Origin: Chiloscyllium plagiosum
Lineage: Eukaryota
NCBI RefSeq assembly: GCF_004010195.1
Contig: NC_057751.1
Span: forward strand, 7,184,133-7,248,132
Direction of reading: 5' to 3'
DNA length: 64,000 bases
Below, piece after piece: positions 24,711-38,819 of this stretch (positions within the stretch are counted from its first letter, which is position 1; each line of letters begins with the position of its first letter). A model generated the notes under the pieces. The model did not search any database and was not told where the DNA came from. It worked only from the letters and a program-made list of their open reading frames with translations. Made by a program: the position numbers and the translations under genes.

Positions 24711-25279
24711 CCAACCAGTTCATGCCGAACATAATCTGAAACTAAACTAGTCCCACCTGCCTGCTCTTGGCCCACATCCCTTCAAACCATCTCATTCATG
24801 TAATTATCCAATAATCTTTAAAATGTTGTAATTATACCCATATGCATCACTTTCTCAGGAAGTTCATTACACACACGAACCACCCTCTGTGTAAAAACAT
24901 TGCCTCTCATGTCTTTATAAATCTCTCTCCTTTCACCTAAAAATGAGCCCCCGAGTCTTGAAATTCCCCTCCCAGGGAAAAGACAACTACCATAAATCCT
25001 ATCTATACTCCTTATGATTTTATAAACCTCGATGAGGTGATCTCTCAACCTTATGCTCCAATGAGACAAATCCCAGCTGATCCAGCCTTTCTTTTTAACT
25101 CAAACCTACTATACCCAGCAACACGCTGGTAAATCTAATTAAGAGTATGGAACATTCTGAAAGGAGAGGCAAGAAAGGAACAGTGCTGAGGTAGTTTTGT
25201 GAGTATGAAAAGGAATAAGGTCAATCGCAAGAGATGATCTTGGATCCAAAGAGCTTCTAGAAAAGACTGGCCATAACCT

Positions 25280-27005
25280 GGTGAAATTTAGCATTCAGTT
25301 TGAGAGGAAGGAATTTGGATTGGAAACAACAGTGCTAACCTTAAATAAGGGTCATTACCAGAGCAGAATGAGGGCAGAGCTGGCTGGAGTAGATTGAGGC
25401 AGGAGTTTAGCTGCGAAGACAGTTGACGAATGTCGGCAGACTTTTAATAGTTTATGATAAATAACAAAAAAACATATCCCAGTGAGAAATAAGGATTCTT
25501 GGATGGGGATAAACTCACTCAAGATAGCATTTTAAAAAAAAAACAAAAAAAGAGGCAAAGATTACAGAAAAGCCAGAGGATTGTCAACTTTTTTTCTGAA
25601 ATGACCAACATAAAAAGACAGAGAAAATAAAGTTTGAGGGTAAATTGGCAAGTATTCTCAAAATGGACTGTGTGAGTTTTCTGAAATCTGAAAAAATGGA
25701 AGTAAACATAGGCCCCTTCCAGAATGAAGCTGTGAAAAAAATAATGGGGAAGCAAAAAAAATGGCATAATGTCTAAATAACTACTCAGCAATGGTCTTGA
25801 CAATAGAAGACACTAAAATGATTCCAAAAATATCAAAAAAAAATCAAGGACCAAACGTGGAGAGGAAATAAATATAATAACAATCAAAAAAGAAAAATTA
25901 CTTGGGAAACTAAACTGATTAAAGGCTGATAAATGCCTTCGACCTGATAGTTTGCATCATGGGATATTAAAGTAATTCCTTATGGATATAGTTGATGCAA
26001 AGGCAGTAATCATCCAAGCAACCTTAGATGCTGGAAAAATCCCAGAGAATTGGAAAACTGCCAAGATAGCATCTGTATTCAAATAGGAAAACATGGAAAC
26101 AATAGGTTATGTTAGTTCAGGTAGCTGAACATGTGTCATTGGTAAAGTATTAGAGTCTATCATAAAGGATGTAATCGCAGAGCATTTTGAAACACGTAAT
26201 ATCATCCAGTCAGGATACCCTTACGAAGGTGAAATCATGACTTACAAATTTACTGTAATTCTTTGAGGAGTTAAAAAGCAGAATAGGTAAAAGGCAACCA
26301 GTGCAAATTGAATATAATGTGGGAAAATGCACTTGGGCGTGATAAAAATAGGAGGTGAATAGTAATTAAATTGGGCAAGAATGTAGAAGCCACAGCATAA
26401 CATTTTGGCCTCCTCATGCATTTCAGAAGGTAATAGACAAAGTCAACGGAATGTTGGCCTTCATTTCAAAGGAAATGGAATATAAAAATATGGATGTCTT
26501 GCTTAAAGATATACTAGGCACAACTCAGAGCATACTTAGAGTCATACTTATAATATTATGAACAGATTTGGTTCCTTTTTCTAAAGGAATATATTTGAGG
26601 TAATCTAGAGAGGGTTCATAAGACTAATTTTGGGCATGGATGAATTTTCTTTTGAGGCGGTTGACTGTATGCTTTGGCATTTAGAAGATTGCAAATTTTG
26701 GAAGAAACCTTACTGAAACATAAAATAGAGAAAGCGAGGACCACAGATGCTGGAGCTTAGAGTCGAGAGTGTGGTGCTCTGCCAGCACTACACTCTCGGC
26801 TCTGAAACTTGAAGTATTCTTAGGTAACTGAACAGAGTCAATCTGAAGATATTATTGGACCAGAGGGTATAATCTCAGATTATGGGATCATCCAATTATG
26901 ATGGAAATGAGAAGGAATCACTTCTCTCAGAAGGGAGTGAATTCTCTCAGAAATTCTTGCCTGTCAAAGGCTGCAGAGGATATATTTTTAAATATGTTCA
27001 AGGCT
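25280..27005 (+). mobile_element. Old, heavily deleted CR1 remnant
   Basis: Scattered CR1 ORF2-like pieces (ccagagaattggaaaactgcc, aatttactgtaattctttgaggag, ggaatgttggccttcatt); many stop codons. Confidence 0.6.
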
Positions 27006-27660
27006 GGCACAAACACCCAAACGCTGTGAGCTGCATTGCAAATATCAAGCTTTTGTTCCCTAGGCTTGCGAAGTGATTACTACACAAAGGTTGGCTTTGA
27101 GTGAAGACCGGATCCATCTCAGACAGAATGCCCAATGTATTTCAATGGCTTGCTGATAATTGGAAAGCAGGTACTTGGGCAAGATGCCAGCAGCCATCAA
27201 ACCCTACCGTCATAGCTTGCATTCAGATGACATCTCCTGGTCTGCTGAAAGGAAAAAATTGGTATGTACGTGTGTGTGACATCTTTATCATGCCAAGGAT
27301 ACCATTCTTGAAAAATACTTAGTTCTGTCTTATTGTCTGTAAATGAACAGGCTGACCCTGAAATGCATAAATTTGAGTGACACTGCACTTCTGAACAGAT
27401 TCCACCTTTGTCAACAATCTGTATTGCACAATGAGTCATTCAAAAGCAGAGAAGGTTCCAAATCTTACAGCTGGGCATGTGTGGGTGTGTGTTTTATAAG
27501 TCCTGAGGCGAAGAAAGCTTCTGTATTGTGTGGAGAGTCTGACATACCTACTGCTATGATGGTCTTACCTTGTAGTTTTAAACAACACACAAAAATTGCC
27601 CCACAGAGCCCTTAGAAAAGTGGTAGTTATAGAAAATTGGCAGGCTAATAAAGTGTCTTA

Positions 27661-28352
27661 GCTGGAAATGTGTTGCTGGAAAAGCACAGCAGGTCAGGCA
27701 GCATCCAGGGAACAGGAGAATCGACGTTTCGGGCATAAGCCCTTCTTCAGGAATGGAGAAAGTTTGTCCAGCAGGCTAAGATAAAAGGTAGGGAGGAGGG
27801 ACTTGGGGGAGGGGCGTCGGAAATGTGATAGGTGGAAAGAGGTCAAGGTGAGGGTGATAGGTCAGACTGGGGTGGGGGCGGAGAGGTCGGGAAGAAGATT
27901 GCAGGTTAGGAAGGCGGTGCTGAATTCGATGGATTTGACTGAGACAAGAGGGGGGGAGGGGAAATGAGGAAACTGGTGAAACCCGAGTTCATCCCTTGTG
28001 GTTGGAGGATTCCTAGGCGGAAGATGAGGCGCTCTCCCCCCAACCGTCGTGTTGTTGTGGTCTGGCGATGGAGGAGCCCAAAGACCTGCATATCCTTGGT
28101 GGAGAGGGAGGGGGAATTGAAATGTTGAGCCACAGGGTGATTGGGTTGGTTGGTCGCAGGGGAAGGTGCGGGGAGTGGAGGTTGGGTTGGTGGGGGGTGT
28201 GGATCTGACGAGGGAGTCACGGTGGGAGTGGTCTTTACGGAATGCTGATAGGGGAGGGGAGGGAGATATATCCTTGGTGGTGGGGTCCGTTTGGAGGTAG
28301 CGGAAATGACGGCGGATGATACGCTGTACATGGAGATTGGTGGGGTGGTAGG
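27661..28352 (-). mobile_element. Penelope-like 3' fragment, 12-bp TSD
   Basis: Translation VAQHFNSPS...ERLIFRLGILQPQGMN; TAAAGTGTCTTA at 27649-27660 and 28353-28364. Confidence 0.9.
27719..27754 (-). ncRNA. Minimal type I hammerhead ribozyme motif (intact core)
   Basis: AUUC-CUGAAGA-A-GGGC-UUAU-GCCC-GAAAC-GUC-GAUU. Confidence 0.7.
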
Positions 28353-29399
28353 TAAAGTGTCTTACCCCTGTCTTGGTTGGAAAAATTCGGAAATGGTGAG
28401 TGCTACTCAGTCAAGAGTCCTCTCTCTTGCCTCTGTCTTTGGTTCCATTGTGCCTCAAAATGAACGAGACAAGTTCATCATCCATCCAAGTGCAAAGCGC
28501 AACTTCAAGAACAGCAAAGAGGATTTGAGGAAGGAATGGGTGATGCCAAACACACTCAAGATGTGAAAAACCAAATGTTGTGTTTCTGCAATTGCGAACA
28601 GCTCTCTGCTGAACAAAGCAATGGGGAAATATTTGAAGATGAATCGATAAAGATCCACAAAAACAGCTGAAACTAATTTGAGACTGCCTTATTCAACACT
28701 TATTGAAAGATGCCCACGCAGAAATGCTAAACATCAACATCCTGACTCAAATTTGGAATAAGAACAGTACAGAATATCATTATAATAACCTCGAATTTGC
28801 ATTTCAGCAGATTCTTGAGGCAAAGTCAGAGTATCCTGTATATTTAAGTCAGAAATACAAATTATTGAGAGTATGCATAAAAATAGAGCCACAGTAGAAT
28901 ATTAGTCATAGTCTTTTTGAAGGAGAATCCAAGCCGAGGAGTAAAGGTCAAATGGTACAATTTCTCAAAGCCAAGACCCTGCCACCTCTCAGAATAATCC
29001 TTTTAATACCTCTCAAAACCCACGTTCACATTCTAGTCAGTGTCTGGTTCTCTTACGGTGGAGTTAGATATGCACAACTTTGGACAGCAAAAGACAATTG
29101 GTTCTCTTTAGCCCGTCGTGCGAAGTTGCCTCCCCATCACACTCCAAGTCGTACACTGTTCCAAGGACATTTTCCAGCCTTTGGGGAGAAGTATAAAGAA
29201 ATAGCTCCTCCTAAGAAATCGAAATTCATCCAGAAGATGCAATCAACATAACTCTGTTTTCTCAGCGGTTATCTCTGCACTAGCCAGAAATCTATCCAGT
29301 TCTTGCGTGAAGGAGTTGAGCCCTTTTGGTGCAGCTGCAGAAACCTGTTTCACAATTCCTGTCATTTCTGCAAAAAGAACCATCTCCTGAGCTCAGATC

Positions 29400-29755
29400 T
29401 CAGAAAGACTTATGAAATTCTAACAGGATGAAACAGGGTAGATGCAAGGAGTATGTTCTGATGGCATGTGCGCCCAGAACCAGGGGTCACAGTCTGAGGA
29501 TTCTGGGTGGACCATTTAGGAAGGAGATGGTGAGCCTGTGGAATTCATGACGACAGGAAGTAGTTGCTGCCAAAACATTGAATGTATTCAGGAAGTGGCT
29601 AGATATAGCACTTGGGGCGAATGGGACCAAAGGTTGTGGGGAGAAAGCAGGATTAGGCAATTGATTTGGACAATCAGCCATGATAGTAATGAATAGTGGA
29701 GCAGGCTCAAAGGGTTGAATGGCCTCCTCCTGCTCCTATCTTCTGTGTTTCCATA
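29400..29755 (+). mobile_element. CR1 3' fragment (second tail type)
   Basis: Ends in gatcagccatgat..aat..ggagcaggctcaaagggttgaatggcct; the same tail type occurs at ~49970-50060 and ~60200. Confidence 0.75.
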
Positions 29756-31991
29756 GGACTTGATCCATCCTTCAATCCCTCACTGAAACAAAACTATTGG
29801 TCAGAAATGTAAAAGTTGCCACTACATATTGTGAAGATGCAACACTTAATGCACAGTACAAATTATAATCAATCTTACCTTAATCTCAGTTTGTAAGTAT
29901 ACAATTGTCTGCAAAACAAAACCTTCCAATTATGAGAGCTTAATTTAGGAGCCTGTACCTTCAAACGTGTTCAGGGGAGAAAACTGTCCTCTGGAAGAAT
30001 CAATAAAATAGCAGCTGCTTTAAAATGTATGTCGCAGGTTAACAGCTAATTTCTTCTGATATCTCCCAATTATCAAGCCATGTTCACACACGACAGAAGA
30101 GTTGCCAGAGAGGAAGATATCTAAAGAACTAACCCTTAACAGGACACGAAACAGCAAGAATGAGGAAACACATTTCTAACAAATAAATGATAAATATGTC
30201 TGGCCAGACCATCTGTATTTGCGTAAAGAGTAAATGAACAGAAAAAAAAGTTGCTTCACAAGCAATTCAGTACTTCTGAAGTCTTGTCCCTGGTATGTTG
30301 TAGGAAAATGGCAGTCAATTTGCACACAACAAAGATTCCTCAAACAGCACTGCACTGCGATTAAAGCCAGACAATCTGATTCTTGTGATTTTGTTTGAGC
30401 AATAAATATTGGTCAATGGAATAATTCTCCACCCTTTTTCAAAATAGAACCATGGGACCTTTCATGTTCACCTGACATTGCCTGTTTTAACATGTCATTT
30501 GGAAGACAGCACCGAGATTTTTATGCTCAAAACTGTGATAGAAAAAGAGGGGTAGCAGAGAATGACTACTCCTTCGTAACTCTCAATCTTCAGCAAACAG
30601 TCTGTGCAAGAGGATAAAGGTGAACAAACAGATTTCTGATCACTTTTTATTGATGATCACGATAAGGCCCATTGATTTGCAATGAGTGAATTAGTTACAT
30701 TAAATTTTGTTTTGTATGAGATTCCAATCCCTTTTTGTCACAATTATTTCGCATGATTCTTAGTTGAAAAACTGGAAAATTGCATTACAAGTTGCTCCTG
30801 AAATGCAGCATAACAACATGCAATTCTGACCAATCACTCTCTGCAGCTGTTTTAGGCTCCACCCAAGCCTTCACGTTCCTGAATTCCTTGAACTCCATCA
30901 GCATATCATATTCCTTTCTCTTGTGTTTGTCTAGCTCCTATGCAAATGCATCAGCACTATTCATCTCAACTACTCCCTCTGATAGCCTATTCCAGATTTT
31001 CGCACTCGGGCCAAACAACTTGCCCCTAAATTCCTATTCGTGATGACCTTACACTTGTGACCTCCACTTTCAGATTCATGTTAGATTTCTCTCCGCCCAT
31101 CTGCTTCCTGACGTTTCAAAGTTTCTGCCTGTCAATGCAAAGCAAATTAATCATAGAATTTAAGGTTTGAGAGAGAGAGGGATGAAGGAAGAGAAGGGCA
31201 AATAGCACAGTCATATCAGGTGCAGATACAGGAATGGAGATGAAAAGAAAGAATGGATTCAGAGACAGAAAAAAAGGCACAAAAGCTAAGTTAAAAAAAT
31301 CCATCTCAGCTTACCTTTTACTGTCTATGATTAGTGCATGTGTAACACTTACACACTATTCATTTACTCACAACCTCAGGCCGAAATGTGGAGAGCAAGT
31401 TAAACCAGCACACTACATTCGCCATCAGGATGAGAATCCCAAGTTTTTGGAAGTATGTTGAATTTTGGCTGAATGGCTGGATAAACAACACTGAATCATT
31501 GTGCAAGGCAGATGACCAAAATTTGGAGGTGCTGAATCTCTGCAGGTGCGGCCAAACACTGTTAGAAAATGTAATTTTCTCTCTGCGACATATATCAGTT
31601 TTGAAATGAAGTATAACTAAATGCAAAGAGGGTCTCATACCAGTTCGAGACTCCAGACTCAAGATAGAGTCATAGAGATGTCCAGCATGGAAACAGACCC
31701 TTTGGTCCAACCTGTCCATGCCGACCAGATATTCCAACCCCATCTAGTCCCACCTGCCAGCACCAACGTGCTGTTCCACTGTGGTTAAGCACTTAAGACT
31801 GGAATGTTTGAACTTTCAGCTTCATTTTCCATTTAAGACTAAGATCTGCAACACGTAGCTTTTAACCTTATTTTGTATGTTTTGCACTATACTATAATTA
31901 CTGCTATGTTTATCTTTTAATTTTGTTCTTTCTTTCGACTTTGTTCTTAAGAGTCTGTACCTAGATACTTAAGCTGAAGATGGCACCATGT

Positions 31992-32318
31992 TTAGATTAG
32001 ATTAGATTACTTACAGTGTGGAAACAGGCCCTTCGGCCCAGCAAGTCCACACCGACCCGCCGAAGCGTAACCCACCCAGACCCATTCTCTTACATTTACC
32101 TCTTCACCTATCACTACGGGCAATTTAGCATGGCCAATTCACCTAACCTGCACATTTTTTGGATTGTGGGAGGAAACCGGAGCACCCGGAGGAAACCCAC
32201 GCAGACACGGGGAGAATGTGCAAACTCCACACAGAGAGTCGCCTGAGGCGGGAATTGAACCCGGGTCTCTGGCGCTGTGAAGCAGCAGTGCTAACCACTG
32301 TGCTACCGTGCCGCCCAC
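31992..32318 (-). mobile_element. tRNA-derived SINE (HE1/V-SINE type), young full-length copy
   Basis: A box TAGCACAGTGG, B box GGTTCAATTCC, (AATCT)3 tail. Confidence 0.92.
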
Positions 32319-34704
32319 GGTAATGTGTGGCAATCTTACACCCTTCTCATTGCACTCCTGTACTTTTGTATTACAGCACACATGACAAAAAAAACAAAAT
32401 CAAATCAAATTACACATAATGTACATGATCTTGAAATCTCACTGCTGAAGTGACTTGTAATATGCTTTGTTTTCAGTCATTTACTTGAAGTATGCATTCT
32501 ACACCCATTCCTTCCTGCTCTGACCCATTTCCTGTTACTCATGTTCTCATGAATCTCAGTCTGTCCCCTCTTCCTTCAGGTTAAAATCCATTGTGAACAG
32601 GAATAAGTCGATCTTTAGAATGGGAAGCAACAAATGATACGCCCAACGTTCACAAAGATATACACACGACTCATCATCAGTGAGAAGGGACACTGAACCA
32701 AAGAAGGAGCCATTGAAGATTTGGTTGAATAAGTGATTTCCTTTTTAAAAGAAAATGTGGACTTGAGAGGGTACAGAACCAGAAGGAGTATACAAGAAAT
32801 TCCAGAGCCTGGAGCAAAGCCTATTTGAGGGCCTGACTGCTCATTTTGCAACGAGAGGGGAGAGAATTAAGAGCAAATTTGGAGGAAGACTATGAATCTC
32901 AACTACTGCAGATGCTTGAAAGCTGTCATATACACAGACAATGCTGGAGAAACTCAGCAGAGCTGGAGCATCTCTAGAGAGAAACAGAGTTAATTTTCAA
33001 GTCTGGTATGAACTCTCTTTCAAAACACAAAATAGAGGGCGTCTGGGGAGGAGAACATTTTTCATGAATTACAGAACTGCAAGAGGCAAGGCAAAGTTGG
33101 GGCTGAGCATGCAGTATAACAACAGGTATAAACTGAGGATTTTAAGCGCCAGTGAACAAAAGCAGGTCAAAAACGTGTGCAGTGGAATACATGCAGCAGC
33201 GGTTTAAAAGGGTTGAAAGGCTTTGGGGTGAATGGAGGTATTAAAGTCAAGGACAGATTTGTAAAGAGAGATTTCCAGTATGATCAGCTATCGTGCCATA
33301 AGGCCTTATCACTGATCGTGGGGCAAGGAGGAACAGATGTGGCAAAGATACAAACTGGGTTATGGAATTGAAGGAGGCTGTTCAGGTCTTGTGCGGTAGG
33401 CAATTACTTTTGTAAATCAGCTATTTAAATGCGACACTTTCGAGGAAATTCGAAGATGTGAACATCAGCCACAACATAAATAGGAGTCAGTGGACCATAT
33501 TGAACAATGTGGTGTAAGTTGGGGATGCCTGAATGAGGTGACGACTCTGCTGAAGAACCCAGACTGAGGCTGGAGAAAATGAATGAGTGTTTGGTCTTAA
33601 TCTTGTTCATTAGATGTCGTCAGCATATTTGGACAAATTCTGCTCAAATGTGCTTACACACCTTGTAGGAGTAAGGTAACTGGTCGCAGGAAACACCATA
33701 TTCAAGATCAAGTTTTTCATTGATTAGTATGCAGCTGTGGTCACTTTCCATCAAGACCCCACTGAATAATTGACATTCGATTTCTTTTTTAATACAATAA
33801 CATGGGGCTGAAGATCCCACAGGAGATTTAGGTAATTCTTTGCACAGGCAATTTTCAGGATGCAATAGAAAATGGTGGGAACTAACCTCAAATAAACTAA
33901 TGGAATATTTCAGTTCCACCAGCTTTTGGAAATCAATATTCACAAATCAGTAGCTCACTGTCACACATAATCCAGAGGGCAAGTGGAACAATCCAGTCAC
34001 AGAATAGCTCTGCTCACTTCAGCTTCTGGACTTTAGGATGAAAATGACAAAGCTACAAGGAAGGGATATTGTTTCACTGACATATCAGCAACAACTTGGT
34101 TTCATATATCACCTCTAACACTTGACATGGAGTGACAAAAGAAAAAATTAAGGTCCATGAGCATAAGCTTGGTGCAAGATGTAGGTTTTAACAAAATTCT
34201 TGAAGGAGAATAGTGAGGTGGAGATGCAGCGGTGGAAACACTATGAAGCTCAGGCAGTGAATTTCACAGTCTAGACCCTGGGCAGCTGAAAGCCCGGTCG
34301 CCACTGATGAGGCAATGAAAATCAAAGGGGTGAGAATTGGGAGGAGCTCAGGCAGGTTCAAGTTGCCAGATCTCACCTCTGTGTTATTTTCTCCATTTGC
34401 TTCCCCAGAGCAATTGCAACACACCTTCCATGTGCTGCCAAACTACCTGAATGTAGGGACATAAAGTAGGGGGCAGAACAAATAATATATGATGCTTTGT
34501 GATTTGCACTCCAGGCAACAAGTACCCCATTGCTCTTGCTTCACTCATCAACTCAGGGTGGCACAACCTCTGTAATATTTCTGTGTACTTGCACAGAAAT
34601 AGCAACAGGAGAGAGAAAAAAGAAAAGCCTTGATGTCAAGACTTATTCATGTACATCATCAACACCAGAGGAAGAAACAGGCAACAATTCAGAGCTGGCA
34701 TTTT

Positions 34705-34776
34705 TTTTTATTAAATTCAACTTACTGAGAATCCTCATTTTATTCCAAGTAGCTTTGCATAAATAGGCAATTTATT
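34705..34776 (-). terminator. Cluster of three AATAAA polyadenylation signals, likely 3' end of the MARCH5-like transcript
   Basis: TTTATT on + at ~34707, ~34739 and 34771, at the end of an AT-rich, repeat-free ~0.9 kb stretch downstream of the stop codon. Confidence 0.5.
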
Positions 34777-35658
34777 AGGGCTGCCACATCAGGGAAAAAA
34801 GCAAATTCCATTAAAAATAAATTATTTCCTGTGGGTTTAAAAAAAAAAGTAATCTACACTATCAACTTTTAAATATATATTTATAAAATTAAGTCACTTA
34901 ATTTGATACACTTGTTTTAGCCACATGCAACGAGCTTAGAAAATTCTCTCTGTGGGACAGAAGCTTGTGATACTTCACTGAATGCCAAACTTAACTTTTC
35001 ACTACATTTCTCTTCTTTCTTGTGGCCTGAAATATCACAGGATCTGACAGAAGAATTTTTAGATCACTTTAAAAGATGCCAACAATCTGATTTGCTTACA
35101 AGGTCGACAGAAATCACTTGAGATCCCATCCACATCTCTGATACTCTACGTCCATCCCTTTTACAATCTGCACAGTCTGGTGTATCATACAGACTTGAGA
35201 TGGAGTGCTTTCTCCTGTCCAACAAATGCCATGAGAACATTGTTGAGTTTTCAAGTTCTCCCAGCCTTCAGACAGAAACTGTGCATCCTACAATCAGAGG
35301 AATCGTGTCCTGCCAAGCCATGGTGTCATACTTGCACAGGAACTTTCAAGCATGGTACTGCTCGGGACTGTGGCCTCTGGCAGAGATTTTCTGAGAGGAG
35401 TTTGAAATATCAGATAGACAAGCAGTGAGATTAAAGAACGTAATGCCAGTTAAAAATGAGCGTAGATATTCAGTCCATGTTTAAAAAGAAACCAGTGGGA
35501 CCAGCTCTATGGGGGCTGGATTCCAGCTCAGCATTTTGCCATCTCTCAGTGTGGTGATGTCCCCAAAACGGATGATATCGAGTGCCAATTCCATGAGGCC
35601 TGAAGTGAAAACAGTCCATCTCAGTGCACACCTGCTCGAATCTCTGCAAATCACCATT

Positions 35659-35817
35659 TTAGTCACTCCCAGAATCCTCATAACCTGCCTGGAGTTCTTC
35701 CTGGTCATCGTCTCGCTCAGGATAGTTCAGAATCCGGCGGTTTGCTTGGATCAGATATTGCTGCTGTCTGAAGTAAACTTTTAGGGCCCCTTTGATGGCA
35801 ATGAAGGCAATCCCGCC
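35659..35817 (-). CDS. march5l: MARCH5-like terminal exon 6 (GGIAFIAIKGALKVYFRQQQYLIQANRRILNYPERDDDQEELQAGYEDSGSD*)
   Basis: The acceptor follows a (CT)n/poly-C tract; TAA stop at 35661-35659. Exon lengths sum to 879 nt = 292 aa plus stop. Confidence 0.94.
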   Translation of the reverse strand, partial: GGIAFIAIKGALKVYFRQQQYLIQANRRILNYPERDDDQEELQAGYEDSGSD

Positions 35818-35825
35818 CTGATCAG

Positions 35826-35870
35826 AGGGGGGGGGGGGGAGAGAGAGAGAGAGAGAGACAGAGACAGAAA
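35826..35870. repeat. Poly-G plus (GA)n microsatellite forming the polypyrimidine tract of the last MARCH5-like intron
   Basis: A G run followed by (GA)n, 8 nt from the acceptor. Confidence 0.9.
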
Positions 35871-37703
35871 GTCAATCTTGATGCACAGCAAGATAGTTGC
35901 AAAGTGCTATGGATCCACAAAGCTGCTTCTCATAATGTTCAGCCTGACTCTCCTTGTTTCATAAGGCCATTCATCTATACAGCAGCAATTGGAATTTCAC
36001 AATTCAGCAGAGAGCCATTTGTGCATTGGACGACTCTCTGAATGATCTCTCCGCATCCCATTATGCTGGCTTTCCCCACAGTTTTACTGTTTTCCCTTTT
36101 TTGTTGAATATTTTTCCACAGCACCTTAATATTTGGATTCTGCATTCTGTTACTGTCACTGATTCAGCAATTCAAGTCCTGACAATTTTCATCCAATCTC
36201 ATCTTTCATTGTTGTATCGATAACCTCCCAATTAACAAGCCGCTCTTCAGTGAAAATTGTTCGCGTGCCCCTTTGTGTCCCTCATCAAAAACAACTTCCG
36301 GATTCCCTTCACCCCAATTCAAAATTCTTTGGTTGAAACCATCCTTTATCTTTGAGAATGTTTGAGCCCATGCAACATTAGTTTTCTCGCATTTGTTAAG
36401 AAAGAAACCCTTGACACAAGGATACAGAAATTCTTGAGAACTATTGATCTGTCTAACAGGTTTCACTTGGAATTATCCTCAAATCAACCTCAGATGAATT
36501 TACAGTGGTTCAGACTGAACATAAAATCTTGATTTTTCTGATTTTCTTTTCCCGTCCATGCATTGGCTCTGAATGCAACACAAGCCACTTGACCACAAAC
36601 CTCTGATCTTGCCCCAAGTAGGCCTTTTGTGAGGAATTAACTATGACCATCAGCAGGATATTTGGCGCTGGGGAAATTACAAGCGATCCTAAGCTATGAC
36701 ATACCTGTTCCCTTTTGAGGAGACAGGAGACTATTGCAATGGGATTACACTCCAAGAGGTATAGAAATCTAACTGCCATTATCCAAAGGCTTAGCTGACA
36801 ATATACCTGCTGACTTACACAGCCGCCCAAGAGAGATTACAACCAATGCAGAGTAGTTGGAAGGCATAATTTTGAATTGAGAAGAGAAAGATTGAGAAGG
36901 GATCCGAGGGGCAACTTTTTCACAAAAAAGGTGTTTCATAAACCAGAGAAAATGGTAGATGCAGGTACAGTTTCAAAATGTAAAAGACATTTGGATAGGG
37001 ACATGAATGAGGAACATTCAGAAGGATATGGGCCAAATGGGACTAGTTTAGTTTGAGAAACTTGGTCAGCATGTTTCTGTGCTGTATGACTCATTAACAG
37101 GCTGATATTAAAATCTGCACAGTATGAAACTATATTCTCTCAACTTGAAAGGATATCACTGAAATGTATGAAGATTGTAAAGAGCTTGACAGGACAGGTT
37201 GTGAGAGGTTGGTTCATCCAGGTGGAAAAGGTTGTATAGGCCTTTGAGAAGAGCTTTCCACATTGACTGGGCATGAATTCTTCTATTAGACAACAAAGAA
37301 GCTGAGAGGTGAATGATGGCTCATCTACTTTTAGTGGTGCTGGATGAGGAAAGAATGGTAGACAGTAAGTGAAGGAACCAGGTATTCCCCTTCCATCAAT
37401 ACCATGAGGTCACTGGAATGGAAAATCCAGTGTGCTTCGCATTCAGCATCAGCTTAGGCAACATACTCAAGGTGGGCTTGAATGATGCATTCCTACAATA
37501 AAAGATACTACCCAAGTGACTTCTGTTTGCACTGAGAAAATGCAAAGCCTTAAAGTCAACCTCACTCAAGCTGACTAGTTAAAGCACTGGACGTTCCAGA
37601 ACGACCAAAGACCAATGGTGCAAATGAAATCGAGTCCCGGCACAAGTCAGCGCATTTGGGAGAGCAAGGGAGAAAAATCGAGGGACGTGGTACATATACT
37701 CAC

Positions 37704-37870
37704 CAAGATGGTTCGCTGGAGGTTGGAGTGAACACCACTGAATATCAGCTTGCCAACCATGCTGGAGATTGTGGGGAACACAAGGGCACCACACAAGATG
37801 CGGGAGACAGACATGTGGTCACTCTGATAGCTAGTCTCAGCTGGTACACGAGGAACGGGGCATCCAAAAC
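37704..37870 (-). CDS. march5l: MARCH5-like exon 5 (GFGCPVPRVPAE...SRILCGALVFPTISSMVGKLIFSGVHSNLQRTIL)
   Basis: gtgcag| acceptor, |gtgagt donor, 167 nt. Confidence 0.95.
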
Positions 37871-38819
37871 CTGCACAATGTTCAAACGTCAACACAACCT
37901 GAATAACACATGAAATGAAGGAGCTGCACATACATCCAGTCAAACTGCTACTGCAGGGATGACTTCATTGTTCATTTCTCAAAGCAACTTGAAACAACTA
38001 AAAAATGACCTCTATCAGGTCCTGGCAGCATCGGTGGAGATAAAAACTGTGTCAAGGTTTGAACTTCAGTGACGCTTATTTCAGACATTAACTTTGTTTT
38101 CTCCTTACAGATGCTGTCAGCCCTGCTGAATTTCTCCAGCAATTTCTCTTTTTGCTTCAGATCTCTGGCATCCACAGTTCTTCATTTTATCTATCTATCA
38201 GGTCTTCTCCAGCATTTGGCGATCCATCATTTTGAGCAGTGCTGCTCAAACAAGAGAGAAGATGGACAATTTCAGCAAAAACTGGATATACAATGTGATT
38301 AGAAAGTGTCAAATGCAATTAAGAAACAGGGGTGATGGTGAGAAAAATGCAATGAGAACAAGAGACTGAAAGATTGAACAGTGTATGAGATCAATCAAAA
38401 TACCGCGTGGTAAAAAAAACAGACAGTGAAACGAGACGGAGTTGTCTGAAACATCCCAAGGTTCTTCACAGAAGCACTGGCAAACACAATTTGCCCAAGG
38501 CCACTTAAGGAGATCAAAAAACGTCTGGAATAAAGAGGTCAATTTTAAGGAGGTTCGCAAAGGAGGAAGGAAAGGTTAGCAAAGCATAAAGAGTACATGA
38601 AAGCTGACAGCAGAGGCAGCAGTCGGCACTACCATCAATTGATTAAAATTTGAGGTCAAGCAACCAGGATTAGATCAATGCAGAGATATTGGAGGGGTGC
38701 ACAACTGAAGGTACAAATATGAACATCTGACATACACCAGCCAAAACATTTTAATGCTAAATACATGATTAGAATGAACATTTTTCCATCCATGAGAAAG
38801 GAGTAACTAAAATAACCAT

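Larger units (their letters stand above)
24325..25135 (-). mobile_element. CR1 3' fragment split by a Penelope-like insertion
   Basis: RLRDHLIEVYKII...FTQRVVRV on the minus strand. Confidence 0.8.

Noticed and set aside
32230-32318. tRNA gene calls at SINE heads (also 17.2, 55.5 and 60.0 kb)
   Set aside because: The A/B-box heads continue into a shared ~250-bp SINE body and tail, so they are not stand-alone tRNAs.
28365-34600. Hidden gene between the CPEB-like and MARCH5-like genes
   Set aside because: The short ORFs have no recognisable domains or consistent splice phases, and the region is largely decayed repeats.
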